A stretch of 64,000 bases of DNA, taken from contig MU054187.1 in the NCBI GenBank assembly GCA_013239625.1, positions 7,203,757 to 7,267,756 of the forward strand, in the 5' to 3' direction. Positions 13,650 to 26,655 of the stretch are shown here, in pieces (position 1 is the first letter of the stretch; each line of letters starts with the position of its first letter). This DNA comes from Lama guanicoe. Taxonomy: Eukaryota. The notes below the pieces were generated by a model, which searched no databases, had not been told where the DNA came from, and worked only from the letters and a program-made list of their open reading frames with translations. Both the position numbers and the translations under genes were made by a program.

Positions 13650-14339
13650 CTAACAGGAATTTAAAGGCATCACTGGACAGGCTATCATTCTGAAAACAAA
13701 CCATTAGAATCTTCAGTGTGACTTTCCCCAACAGACTCGTCCTCCCAGCAAAAAAAAAGTCTATCTCATGAGGTCACTCGCGGTCATTTACAGAGAGAAT
13801 AGAGTCCTCTCCAGTGCACTTCGTTCAGAGACGGAAAGCTCCACTCTGCTGTAACAGGAGTTGGATGAAAACATCTTCCTCCTGCTGTTTCTTCTGTATT
13901 TTTCATTTGGCTCACTCTTTATTCTCTGGAAAAGGCAGAATGTTTTATTTCCAAGAAGGATTCCTCCTCAGGGGGCTTAAAACTCTTTTTCTCACAGTGC
14001 CTTTCTTTATCAAAAATCAGTTTCAGATCTAAGCAGTAACATGGTAAATGGATTCTAAAACTTAAATAAATGAGTCCTCTGGTCGACTCAAAGTTCACAA
14101 AAATACAGTTTACAAATAACGAACGATGAAATCAGTACAAAAGACTCCTTGGTTATAGGTAAATTTAGCAACAGGCACTTTTAGGAAATCTGTAGATGTG
14201 TGAGTTAGATGAATGATTCTCGCAAAATCTGGCAGATCTTGACCAGTTAAAGCAGTCTTGGGAAAAACCTGAGTCATCCTCTTTAAACTTGTACTGAGGA
14301 GTCTAAAAGGAATGTCCGTCTTTGCTCACCTGTGTGTCC

Positions 14340-14450
14340 TTAAGTCCTTTCACTCTCATTGCCTTGTTTGTTTCTTCTGATGCCTGGCAGAGTGTCTGAC
14401 ATGTGATGAGCTTTCAGTAAATATGGGTTGAATGAATAAGTGAACAAAGG
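14340..14450 (+). mobile_element. L2 3' end
   Basis: GCCTGGCAGAGTGTCTGACATG...CAGTAAATATGGGTTGAATGAATAAGTGAA. Confidence 0.65.
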
Positions 14451-14509
14451 AATAATGAAAAAAATTTTAAATGAGGAACAGTGTTTCCACAAGTAAAGAA
14501 ACTGTAGTG

Positions 14510-14913
14510 GTGTTATGTGTTGAAAATTGTCCTAAAAGACTTCACTCATTGAGATCCTGACCTCCGGTGCTTCAGAATATGACCGTGTTTATAAATGCGG
14601 TCTTGCAGATACAGGTAAAGTGAAGTCAAGCTGGAGTAGCAGGAACCCTGATACCCTATGACTGGTATCATTACAAACGGGGAAATTTGGAGACACAGGT
14701 ATGCGAAGAATGGATAACATGTGGCCACCAGCCGTGGACCTCTCAGAAGGTAGGACAGGGAACGGATCCTTCCCTGGTGCCTTCCGAGCAAGCACGGCCC
14801 TGCACACACCTCGATCTCAGACTTCCAGCCTCCAGGACTGTCAGACAGTGAGTTTCTGCTGTTTCAACCGTTCGGTTGGTGGTACTTTGTGAAGCAGCCC
14901 CAGGATGCTGATA
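14510..14913 (+). mobile_element. MaLR solo LTR (MLT1B/C-like)
   Basis: Starts TGTTATGTGTTGAA; CAGAATATGACCGTGTTT; GACTTCCAGCCTCCAGGACTGTCAGACA; ends GCAGCCCCAGGATGCTGATACA. Confidence 0.85.
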
Positions 14914-16844
14914 CACATAGCAACTGAGAATTTAGAAGCAGGAAGAGTCCCGAAAAATGTAGAAAGGAGACATGGAGAAAATATATCCACTGGAAGGAGT
15001 GGCCCCGCCACTGAGTGGGGTGCAGACCTGGGCCCTCCTGAAGTCTAAGGCGGCCGCCCAAGGAGCCGGGGATGCAGGAGCACGTGAGCGCCTGGCAGAC
15101 GGCTTCAAGGTCAGAATTTGGGCTGGTTCACTGTCGCTTTCCTCAAATTTAACTGGATGTGGGGCTCTCGGGGATGGGGTGTGGTAAGGAGAGGGAATGC
15201 GAAACCTAGAACCGCTGGATCCCGAAGAGTGCCAGTCTGTCTGGAGTTCGTTTCCTACTTAATGTCGAATTGCTCCCCGGTACACACAACTAGGTTATTC
15301 GTCGGTATATGCCAGTGGTTGATTCTGGCCATTACACATCTGCATAGAGGAAGGAGTTTGCGGAGGGAGGCGCTCTGCTCGGCGCTGTTTGTGGTACAAA
15401 GTAGCCCGGTCTGGTGGTTAAAGTCACCAGGACCACGGACTGAGAGCAAACTTTGCTCAGCAGAGACCAGGCCTACCAGGCTGCCACTTACCTATTGCAA
15501 CGGAATTCCATTTCAGTATTGAATTCTATTATAAAGCCTAAAACAATTCACAATAAACAAGAAATCATGACACAAACCAGAAGACATGCGGAGCTGGGCC
15601 GTCCTGGGATTTTCTCCAGCCAGCACCAGTGAACTCTGGAGAATTTTAGGAAAGCTGTCCTAGCGTTCAGAAATCACCAGAACAGTATCTTGCTTATTTC
15701 CAGCCGTCTACGTTAACCAAGCACACACCAGACGGGGGCCAAGCCCGGCCTCTGAAGGGCAGCATCAGAGGGGATGCACCGATGACGATATCCAAACTCA
15801 TAATGGGTTCCCCAAAACGCACATTACTCGTTCACTCTTTTATAAACCTAGTACTTAGTTTACAGAACTTTCTTACAACGAAGGATAGATTTTCTTTTTG
15901 TTAATTTGTACATATTTTTTCCCATTCACTCATTTTCATGATAGTGAAAGCAAATAGACTAATAGTAATCAAAATCCAGAGCCCTTGGTTGCTCTCATTT
16001 AGCGAGCACATCATTCATGGCCTCTCCCTCAGGAAGTCCAAGGTGGGAGTCAGCCCCTAAGTGCAGGGATCAGACCCTCCACCTGCCCCTGAGGGTCGGG
16101 GAAGCAACTTAGCTTCAGGAGGCGGGAAGTTAGGAACTCAGCCGCTGGTTTGAGTGATCGTGTTCACAAGTGTTAGATTCAGGGTAGGTTCCCTCAGCCA
16201 CGTGTTGAGAAATTGAAAAATGGCAAAATTGAAAAATAAATGACCTTTGAAATACAGACGAGCCTTTCCTCCGGAGAAAAACATAATTCAGTTTTCAGAC
16301 ACATTTCCCTTCTTTTATGACTTGAAGGCATCGCGAGGCAGGCCAGCAAGCCTGACGGGAGATGTTTGGTGGAGTAAGTCATTCCTGGAGTAAAAGATTT
16401 TTGGTTTTTTGTTTCTTATTTATGGCCTGTGAGCATGGGAATTAGGGGGACTGGGCTTCAGTCTGGACCCTGAATGCAGTTTTCTTTGAGAATACCCACA
16501 AGTCATTCAAGTTCCATGGGCTTCGGTTTTCTCATTTAGGAAACGTAAAATCTTAAGGGGACAGCTGTCTTCTAACATGTGAGCTGAATACATTTCTGTT
16601 GGCCAAACTTCCATCTTTTATTATGTTTTTATTTACCATACTGTGAGCGTATGCATGTAGGTAGGTAGGTAGGTAAGTATTTACTTTTGCTTTCTTGTCT
16701 CTCTTTTCCTGACTTCTGCTAACTTGATAGTTTTAGTTACTCTTGGTCTTACTTATATATGTTACCTATGTATTTATTTGCTCCTGACTTGCAAACTGTG
16801 TCTATATTTTCTCCCATTAAAGATGACCTTTAGTTTCTTCTTTA

Positions 16845-17500
16845 CATTTTTAATTAAACTTTATTTTAACATAAGTATAGATTTACATGTAGTTATAAGA
16901 AATTATAAACAGTGTGCCTGTGTATTTTTAGCTCGTTTCCCCCAAAGAGAACTGCATCTTGCAAAACAATATTATCACAGACAGGATATTGACATTGTTA
17001 CAGTCAAGATACAGAACATTTTCCTCACGGCAGACACCTTTCCTATTGCTATTTTGTAACCTACACCCACTTCCCTCTCTCCTATAACCCTACCCACCTT
17101 CCCCACCACAATACCTGATCTCTGGCAATCACTAATCCATCCTCTATTTCTACAATGTTGTCATTTCAAAAATGTTATATAAATGGGCTCATAGGGATGC
17201 GAAGGTTTGGGACAGGCTTTTTCTCACTCAGCATAATTCCCTGTAGACGTATGCAAGTAACTGCATGTATCAATCACCCCCTTCCATTGCTGTCCGGGTA
17301 GTAGTCCTTGATGAAGATACATCTTACTATGTTTAACCATGTGCCTGTGGAAGGGTTTCAGGATGGTCTGCAGCTTTTGGCTGTTACACATAAAGCTGCT
17401 GTGAACACTTGTGTACAGCTTTTGCTGTGAACATAGTTCTCATTTCTCTGGGATAAATGCTCAAGAATGCCGTTGCTGGGTTGTGTGGTGGTTGCATAAT
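16845..17500 (-). mobile_element. Old L1 (L1M) 3' end
   Basis: Antisense L1 3'UTR/ORF2-end motifs: CTGGCAATCACTAATCC, TCACTCAGCATAATT, AAAGCTGCTGTGAACAC, CTGGGATAAATGC. Confidence 0.8.
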
Positions 17501-17507
17501 ATATAGG

Positions 17508-17966
17508 GTTTTTTTTTAATTTATTTAAGTATAGTTGGTTTACAATCTTGTGTTAATTTATGGTATACAGCATAGTGTTTCAGTTATACATTTATACATT
17601 CCTTTTCATATTCTTTTTCATTATAGGTTATTACACGATATCAAATACAGTTCCCTGTGCTCTGCAGTAGGACCTTGTTGTTTATCTATTTTATATATAG
17701 TAGTGTGTATCTGCAAATCCCGAACTCCCAATTTATCCCTTCCACTCCTCTTTCCCCCAAGTAACCATAAGTTTGTTTTCTGTATGAGTTTGTTTCTGTT
17801 CTGTGAATAAGTTCATTTGCGTCATCTTTTTAGATTCCACCTATAAATGATACCATATGGTATTTCTATTTCTGGCTAACTTCACTTAGTATGACAATCT
17901 CCAGGTCCACCCACATTGCTGCCAATGGCATTATTGTATTCTTTTTTATGGCGGACTCCATTGTAT
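17508..17966 (-). mobile_element. Younger L1 3' end nested in the old L1
   Basis: Poly(T), then AAGTATAGTTGGTTTACAAT, TTAGATTCCAC and CTTCACTTAGTATGACAATCTCCAGGTCCA. Confidence 0.85.
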
Positions 17967-18029
17967 GGAGGACTAAATAGGAGGTTAGAATCTATATACA
18001 CAGGAGGACCAAATAGTGATGAGAAGGGT

Positions 18030-18690
18030 TCTTCCCACTGTATTCTTTTCCAGGATTGCTTCACGTATCCCAGGGCCTGTGTGCTTCTGCATAAATTTTA
18101 AAATAATAGAAGGGAAGGTATAGCTCAGTGATAGAGCACATGCTTAGCATGCATGTAGTCCTGGGTTCAATACCCAGTACTTCCATTAAACAAATAAATA
18201 AACCTAATTACACCCCCCCCCAAAAAAAAATTAAGCTTGTCTATGGCTACAGAATCATTGCTAGGATCTTGTTAGGAATCATATTAAATCTATAGATCAA
18301 TTTGGGGGAAAATGATACCTTTGACTTTATTGAGACTGAAAGAATATGGTGTGTCTCTTCACTGTTTAGAGCTTCTTTGATTTCTTTACTTGACATTTTC
18401 TAATTTGCAGCATACAGATCCCTGTACATATTTTGTTCATGTATGCCTAAGTGTTTCATTTTCTTTGGAGTGATTGTAAATGTATTTTCAAATTTTGGTT
18501 TCCACATATTCATTATTGGCATATAGAAATATGATTGATTTGCTACATAATACTCTTATTAGCTCTAGGAGGGGTATTTTGTTTTGTTTGGTATATTCTT
18601 CAAGATTTTTGTCTATGTAGACAATTATGTCATCTGCAATGGGGACAGTTTTATTTCTTCCTTTCCAATCTATATGCCTTTTATTACTCT
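18030..18690 (-). mobile_element. Old L1 ORF2 fragment (interrupted by a SINE)
   Basis: TTAAATCTATAGATCAATTTGGGG and ATGTCATCTGCAAT...TTCTTCCTTTCCAATC (antisense of the FADD-encoding region). Confidence 0.8.
18109..18230 (+). mobile_element. Camelid tRNA-derived SINE (Vic-1-like)
   Basis: GGTATAGCTCAGTGATAGAGCACATGCTTAGCATGC...GGGTTCAATACCCAGTAC...AATAAATAAACCTAATTACACCCC followed by an A-tail. Confidence 0.9.
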
Positions 18691-18704
18691 TAATCTTTAG
18701 TATT

Positions 18705-18762
18705 TATATGTATATATGTGTGTGTGTATATGTATATATGTGTGTGTATATATGTATATATG
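18705..18762. repeat. (TA)/(TG) compound microsatellite
   Basis: TATATGTATATATGTGTGTGTG repeats. Confidence 0.85.
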
Positions 18763-18999
18763 CATTTTAACAGTCTAAATTTAGTTAATATATCTATTCT
18801 CCTCCTTGAATGGTAAAACCATGTCACACTTTAGCAGTACAATGAGTACCCCTCCATCTTGTTTTTATTTCCTGGAGTTTTTGTTCTACTTGTTCTAAAC
18901 ATACACACAAGTTTTGGTTGACATTTTTCTTATAATCAATAGTTTATTAAAATCATTAACGTATCTTAGTTTCTGTGTTCATCACCTCTTCTTGTGACT

Positions 19000-19960
19000 T
19001 ACATATTCTCTCAAAGTCCATTTTTCCTCTTGCTGAAATACTGCCTTTAATAATTATCTTGTTAATTAGGTGATGCTTTGGGTGTCAGATTTCCTTAATC
19101 CTGTGTTCAAAACCATTTTTCTTTGTGCTCACTCTTGTATTGTTAGTTTAGCTGAATATACAATTTTAGATTGACTCTAGTTTTGGATAAGTTTGAAATA
19201 TTTCATCATAAAGTTTGAAAGATGCTGTTTAGAAAATTTTTCCTCAGCAGTGTTAAGCTATTATTCCACAGCCTCTGGTATCAATGATGGGCAGTATACA
19301 TCTGCTGTCAGTCTAATTACCTGTGGGTGATAGCTTTTAAGATTCTCTCCTTATCTTCAACATGTTCAGATCTGGATTTATTTTTATATACTTCGTTCAA
19401 TGCTTGGAATAGAATCTTGATGTGATTACTCATATTTTTCTTCAATTCTGTAAATATTTCCTATCTCTCTAAATATTACTTTTTTTTTCTCATTTATTCC
19501 AATCTGTTTTCTAGAACCACTATCAGCTGTATTTTGGAGCCTTTTATTTTGTCTTAAATGTGTCTTAACTCTCTCTTAAATGTAAAGATCAGTGTTTATT
19601 TCAATGGCTATGGGTTTTTTTTTAATTATGAAAATCTCTAAAGGTTTTTTCATATCTATTTAAATTATAAAGATCTCTAAAGGTTTTCTCATGTTATATC
19701 TAGCTATTCTTGTTTTATCACTGCATGGTTATTTTTCATAATTATTTTTCATTTTTGATGGATGTTTTAAAATTGTCTTTTTGAGTACATTAAATAATCA
19801 TGGCTTAAAGCTTTTGTTATACTCATAGGTTTTTAAAAAATCTGAGATAAATTCATGTTCCAATTGTTGATTTTATTTACTATGTTTCTTAGATGAAAAT
19901 TTCCGTGTATTCTAGAATTTTAGTTGATGAATTCTTTTTAAGTGGAAGGGCTTTTTTCTC
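19000..19960 (-). mobile_element. Very old L1 (L1M) ORF1/inter-ORF fragment
   Basis: T-rich, with TAGTTTAGCTGAATATACAATTTTAGATTG, TCTGCTGTCAGTCTAATT and CTTCAATTCTGTAAA. Confidence 0.6.
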
Positions 19961-20654
19961 TCTTTCTTTTCCTAAATTCACCCTCTCCAGGTCTATTTGT
20001 CACCTCCCCATCTCCCTGCCCCTGTCACTGACCCCAGGCTTTCAGTTGGGGACCAGGTCTTAGAGTGGTTCTGCAGAGCTCTCCCTCTGATACTGAGAAC
20101 ATCACAGAGCCAACAGGCAGCCTGGTCCAGTTCCTATTGTGGAGATTAGATGAGTGTTGGCTTTTACAGCTCCTTGAGCCTCTGGGAGCTTCCTGCAGAG
20201 CTGCAGCTTCAGGCAGCAAGTCCTCGGCCATAATCTCCTTTCACATATCAGAGGAGTTCATCTCAGCCCCAGGCTTCAGTGAGCCTGTGCTGGTGTTTTG
20301 TGGAAAGACCTCACCCACATTTCTGTCAATAGATCAAAACTCTGGAGCCACGGCCTGCTCCCAGACCAGCGACTAGCAGGTCTCAGGTTTCATCTTCATT
20401 CATCGTTTTTGTGTTTCTTTCCCATTCCTGACAGAGTTATAAAGTCATACAAATAGCAGGATTTTTTTTTTATCATTTTCATGCAAGAATTAAGCAGTTT
20501 GGGGGAGAAACAAGTTACAGCCCCTGTAAAGGAATTCAGCCCTGTGAATGGTGCATGCAAAGCATCAATCAGATTTTTCTTTATCTCCTTTCCTAATGAT
20601 GAAATCCCGATGCCAGCTTCCCTTTCCCAGTATGACTGTCTTCTGTCTTAGTTG

Positions 20655-20940
20655 TTCATTTACTCTGCCACTTAGCAAAAATTTATGACGCACCAATCAC
20701 ATATCAAGCATGACATTAAGCCCTGGGGATACAAAATTGAATAAGACAAGATTCTGGTCTTCAAAATCCTCCTAATCTACTGGGAAAGTAAAAAATTGCA
20801 AACAGCCTCAAAATAACCTGATGATTCCATGAGCCAAGTGCTGCAGAATCACAGAGATGGGAAAACCCGTCTTCGGAAATCAGTGACAGCATCCTAGAGT
20901 GAACATATGAGTTTAGTCATAAAGGGTTAAGTAGACATTT
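20655..20940 (-). mobile_element. L2 3' fragment
   Basis: CAAAAATTTATGACGCACC...CTGGGGATACAAAATTGAATAAGACA. Confidence 0.65.
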
Positions 20941-20944
20941 TTCA

Positions 20945-21490
20945 GAATGTGAAAAATTCTATGGGATAAATTGTCTAATTTCTTCAACAAATAAATGATA
21001 TAAATGAAAAAGTTAGGTGATTTTAGGTTAAAAGACACTTAAACACATCAACCAAATGTAATATGTAGTCCTCGTTTGAATGAAACAACCATGAAAAAGA
21101 TATTTATGGGAGACTGAAGAAATTTGAAGACAGATTGGATGGAATAGTTAAAGAAATTATTGTTAATAATATGAATAGGATATAATATTGTTAATAACAA
21201 TGGTGGTTAAGGAGTTATTACTAATTTTGTTATATAATATAATGTTTTTGTTGTTAAAACATTTAAAACTCTTTTATGTTTGAATTACAAACCAAATTAT
21301 TCACGAATAAAATTGTATGATGACTGGGCTTTGCTGTAAAATACTCCAAAAAAATATAATTGTGGGTTATAGATGACTCACAATTGACACAAAGTTACTA
21401 ACTGTTGAAGTCAGTTGATGGGTAAATGGGAATTCATTTACACTATTCTCCTGAAGCTAATTCTATGTGTGGAAATTTCCATAATAGTAG
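20945..21490 (+). mobile_element. Old L1 (L1MC/ME) 3' end
   Basis: TTTCTTCAACAAATAAAT, CATCAACCAAATGTAAT, AACTGTTGAAG..GATGGGTAAATGGGAATTCATT and GAAATTTCCATAATA. Confidence 0.7.
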
Positions 21491-24400
21491 GTAAAATAGG
21501 TTCCTTAATCATCACCGCTTACATAACAGAACATTTCACGCCTAATCTTCATTTTAATTTATTCTGACTCACAGACAAGCATTGATTCATTCTTCAGTCA
21601 CAGTAGTAATATTTTCTTCAGGGTCAAAATCTTCTGTATTCCAATTAGGTACCATTGGGGGCAAAGAGAATGTATTAGAGCAATTTTTGCCTTCTCTGTG
21701 GACTGGATGAAGCTGGAATTTTTTTCAGACGAACTACTAGGGAAAAGATCTCTTTATCTCCATCACTATTGGATTTATGAATGATTTTTATCAGTTCTGA
21801 AGTTGTAAACCCACACTTTTGACTCTGAGAATAAGCTGATAGGATTTGAAAACTTTTACCCAAAAGCTTACAGAAAATTTTATAAATTTAGAAAACAAAC
21901 TTCAAATAGTTTCAGTAAATAAATTTTATTTTTAAAAAAATTAAGAAAAATATTTAAAGTTTGGGGGTGGACCTGCTAGATGAAGGAACGTAATCTCAGG
22001 CAGGGAAAACAGCACTGACTTGAAAGAAAAAAGTTTATCTTAGGAAACGATTGGCTGGAGCCAAGCATAGACGGAAAACCATGTCAGCCGGTGAGATTAT
22101 GAGGCTGAAAGACAGCAACGATATGGCTAAGCCCTTCCTAACTAAGAAATTTTTCCAGACTTACAAATCTGTTTTAATCCTATAGGCAAAAGAGAGCCAC
22201 GCAGGTCTGAGATGGAGGAATAACAGAGTCCCATTTGTTCTGTAGGTATCAGACCGTGACGCAGTGTGGGATAAAAGGGGAATGATCTGGCAACGGCAAC
22301 ATAAAAAAGAGTGAGATTCTGAAATGGTCTAGACAAGAGGCGATGAAAGGCTGAACCACACTGTGACATCAGGAATGGAAGGAAATGCTTTGGCTGAGAC
22401 AGATTTAATTAAGATTTGGAGGCCCAGCAGAAGGAAAGGGAGGAAGCCGAATAACCAGTTGATAGTAGCAACATTAAGCAAAGTGGAGAACACAGAACTT
22501 AGAGCAGGCTGGGGAGGGAGGACATTAGGAGGGAGGTGTTAGGCACACTCGCTTTGAAGGTCTACAGCCATCCAGGCAGCCCTGAGAATAGGACGTAAGT
22601 TATCCTCTGTTGGGGTGTAAGATATGCCACACCCCGGGGGGACATGTAGAGCAGGCAGGCAAGATCAAAGGCAGAACTCTGGTGAACCCACAAACTAAGG
22701 TGTGATTGCAGGAGGTGCAGGTGGAAGAGCGATGGGAGGAGGTGAGGAAGAGAACTATGAGAAATTGATGTCAGGTTTGGAAGCTCCATGGAGTAGGTGA
22801 GGGCTGAGGAAGTGTTTGATGAGGCAAGCATATTATATCAGGGAGCTGTAACAATTCACCAAGAAGAAATTCTAAGTAAACAAATGTAAACACAAATGTG
22901 CATATTTAGCTAAATAATTTGAAGCAATCTAAGTCTACAAAGGCTTTATTTTGTTTGTTTAATTATCTTTGCCATATGTGTTTTGTGGTTATTTTTATTC
23001 TCCTGAACCTAGCATGGGCGTAATTATAAGCAGGAGAGTTTTAAGTAATGCTGATTGCAGTTTACCTCGATGCACCTGCAAAATTCAAAGCCTAAATTAT
23101 GTTTTGTAATAATGAGCTACAGAGTTTGAGCTTTTGGTTTCTATAAAGTGACAGTTGAAGTAAGAATGACACCAATTGTTGCCTCGTAGAATGTCTTCCC
23201 CGTCTCTATTGATCGTAAATGTTTTCTTTTATAACTGCCAAAGTCAACTCTCCAGTATCTACCTGCCAAGCAGGTGATAATCTGTGGCCACATTTTATGC
23301 AACACAAGCCATTAGCATGGAGACAGGGCAGTGGCAAATTTTATTTTCCCTTTTGTTTATGTTTTTATTTCCTCTTTCACTCTATTGAAATGGAAGCCTT
23401 GTCTCCATACCAACCATCAGTTTTAATACTCAAACACTTAAATGTCTTTCTTGTCACTAGAAAAAGTTTCTGTCTGTAAAGACTGTCACCTTAGGAGAAA
23501 AAGCAGTTGATTCCTGGCTGGTACCTTCCATCAGTGTCATCGGCAATCTCCTGTGAAATGAGGAGGACTTTTTGAGCAAGAAACAGAATCGGAGAGCTAA
23601 TACTGCCTCCTGTCTCATTTTGAAGCACGTCATTATTTTTGGAGTGGCCGTGAAGTTCTAAATTATACATCAAAGTGAAAGACACAGGCGTTTGTGCCCA
23701 ATCTGCATCTTCCTGATCCATATAAGCTTACATGTTAGTTGAGATTATAAAAGGTAACATATTTGGTTGCTAAAAATGCCCTTCCTGAGCTCCCACGTTC
23801 GTCTCATTTGAGGGACAGAGTAGGTGGGAGATTCCTGAGAAACCCCCAGTGCCAGGTCCTGGCATTCACGTGCCCATTAATGGGTCTTACTAAGTGACAC
23901 GCTGTCACTGAGGGAAATGAGGTAATAATGAAGCTGGATTCACTGCACACTGGAAAAGGAAAGCCACAGAAGCTCTACTTTTGAGCGCAACGTGTCCAAA
24001 GCCTTGCTGCTGAAAAGCCAGTGCACAGAGGCTGATGACCAAAGCTACAGTTTAGGGCTGGGGAAAAAATCCCCTCCAGGATGCAACTGTGAAAATCTAG
24101 TTTCTCATGGTTAGTTTATGACCCTCTGTGAAGCTTAAATTGGGTTGAGCAAGGTGACCACATCCTTCTGTTATCAAAATGAAGCATATTGTCAAAGAAA
24201 AAGCCACCCGCTGATCTATAGTGGTGGTTCTATTGCTGATTGTATCTTCTTGATGGTGGCGCATAATTTGTTTCCTCTCTCTGGAATGGGAGAGAATATT
24301 TGAAGGATTTTGAGTATAAGACATCAAAAAAAATCTATTGATAAAAGTACAGAAATAGAAAGCCATTGACTCGTTAGCATGACAAGATTGTTTCAGTAAA

Positions 24401-25284
24401 AGCATTAATATGATTTAAATTATAGGTTGATCAATCTTGAAAGCATTTGACCTTCATAATCTGACTTGCATGTGTGTAATACACAGGCTAGTTTTGTGTG
24501 GTTTAGTATTATAAGAAAATATCACAGAATAAAATTAACTAATCTAGGGGAATCTAAGAAAGACTTGTGTTGGAACCAAATTTGGGGAACGGTTCTCAAC
24601 TCTCGTGTTCTGTACAGACATGGGAGGGCGCTACGTCACATTATGTTTGCCATCATGGGGCTAAGTGTTCCAGTTAATTACGGTGTCATGTGTAGCCTGA
24701 GAAGTCCCGGAGACCAGATTTAAGAGACTCGCCCTTCTCCTAAAGATGTTCCCCAGTGAACAAACACACAAATACACCAGAAATCGCAGATCCTTTCCCC
24801 CGTGACATTGTAATGCTAAGTAGAAATAAACTGCATATCACATGAACAGAAAACTCACAAGGATATATTTCAGGAATATTATGGAATTGAAGCCATATAG
24901 CAAATTCAAATACAGCGTCTGTGAAAAGAATCATTACTTAAATTTGGTTTAAAAGTGAGCATCATATGACTGCCCTTGAACTTCAGGAAAAATGAGAGTG
25001 TAGCATCGAGAAGACAAAAATCCACAAACTGGTTAGTAAAGCCCTTCACGATCTGGCACAAGTCTACCTTTCCACTTCAAGGATCCACCTTCTGATGTGA
25101 AGCTCACCTGCGGGAGCGCCTTCCGCCTTCATGGTTACGTGGGTTTGTGTATTCAGGGCAATAATTCTCTGATAGATGAGTAAGGGCAACTCCTTCGAAT
25201 TCCCATAAAAGTGTCATTTGGGCTCAAGGCAGGGTTGTTCCGATCTCAAACTCCGTAGTATCCAAAATTAAATTCCCACACCAG

Positions 25285-25660
25285 CTGTCTTAGATTGGAT
25301 TCCCTGAGAAACAGGCTCTGAGGTGGAAATTTGCCCACCAGAAGTTTAATGGAGTGTGTCCTCAGGGTGAAGCCCGGGGTGAAGCAAAGCAGTGAACTGA
25401 ACAGAGGGGAGAGCTGAGCTGCAGTGAAATCCAGGCAGGGACATCAGCCAGTCCCCAGGGAGCGCTGAGCTGCCAGAGCCCTTCCAGGTTCTCCCCTCGG
25501 AGGGAAGGAGACTGCAGTTTTTTATTCCTACATGGACAAACTATTGGATGGGGACCCTCCCTGACCTGGGATGGTACAGCTTTCTGCAGCAGAGAGCAGT
25601 TTTCCAAAAGTGATTGAGTAAAGAGCCATCAACCACCAACACTCCAGAGCTGGAGGAGGA
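25285..25660 (-). mobile_element. Old ERVL/MaLR LTR
   Basis: TGTCTTAGATTGGATTCCCTGAGAAACAGGCTCTGAGGTGGAAATTTG...AAGTTTAATGG resembles the reverse of an old LTR 3' end. Confidence 0.55.
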
Positions 25661-26147
25661 AGGACCCGGCCCCTGGGGAGGGTCTGCTCTGCCCTAAGCA
25701 GTTGTTCCTGATGCTACATGTCACTGTCACTTCAAGGAGGTGTTGTGTCACCCTCCCTAAGTGGTGAACACCAGGGGGACGGCGGCCAGCACAGTTCTGA
25801 CAGCTGCTTAATAGATGATGACCGCCAGAGAATACAGAGCGCAGAGACCTGAGAGGTGACTGAACACGGCACTCCCCTCCCCTTCAAAAAAAAAGCCGGA
25901 AAGGAGATTGTGACTTTCTCCAAGTCTGCCATATTGCGTCACAAAGATTTCAGATTAGAGCAAAGCCCCAGGCCTCCCACCCACTCCTCACTCTGTCTCC
26001 TGCAGTGAGTGAAACAGTTCATGAGTCACAGTCTGAGCAAATTTAAGGACATTCTGAAGTACATTAGGAAGTAGATTTTTCCCGAAAACAGTGGGCAAGC
26101 TTTATCAAACTTGGTGATCTTACTTATAATTCCTGTGAAATTTTTCA

Positions 26148-26202
26148 GTATATATATATATATAGTGTATATATATATAGTGTGTATATGTATATATATA
26201 TA
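26148..26202. repeat. (TA)n microsatellite, interrupted
   Basis: TA runs interrupted by GTG. Confidence 0.9.
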
Positions 26203-26489
26203 AAGATAATTAAGTGTCTTCTATTATCATTTCAGCATTCTGAGGCAAGTCCCTCATGCATCGTGTATATACAGCTGAGTTACTATGGAGAAAATGGGGG
26301 TATTTTTGTCTCTCTAATCTCCATAGTCTGCCTCCCCAATTGCCCAGGTGCTATCATGCGATAGGAGCCAGCAGATGAAGTGAACCGCTGGGTTGATTAG
26401 TTATGACAGCGTGTGGGTGAGTGTGTAGGTGTGTGAGTTACCTTTATACTTCTATTTGAACCAGTCAAGCAAACCAGTTGAAACAATGG

Positions 26490-26655
26490 TCAACAGAGGG
26501 CTGACCAGCAGAATTACCCAGGGGTGTTTTAAAAGCTTCTTGAGTCCTGCTCTCTGGAGATCTTCATGACTGGGTATGAAACGAGGTCCAGAGAGCGAGG
26601 TGTGCAGAGCTCCCCAGATAATCCTCCTGTGCAGCCGGGTTTGGAAATCGCGTTG
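26490..26655. mobile_element. hAT-Charlie MITE (MER5-like)
   Basis: AGAATTACCCAGGGGTGTTTTAAAA...AGCTCCCCAGATAATCCTCCTGTGCAGCCGGGTTTGGAAATC. Confidence 0.6.
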
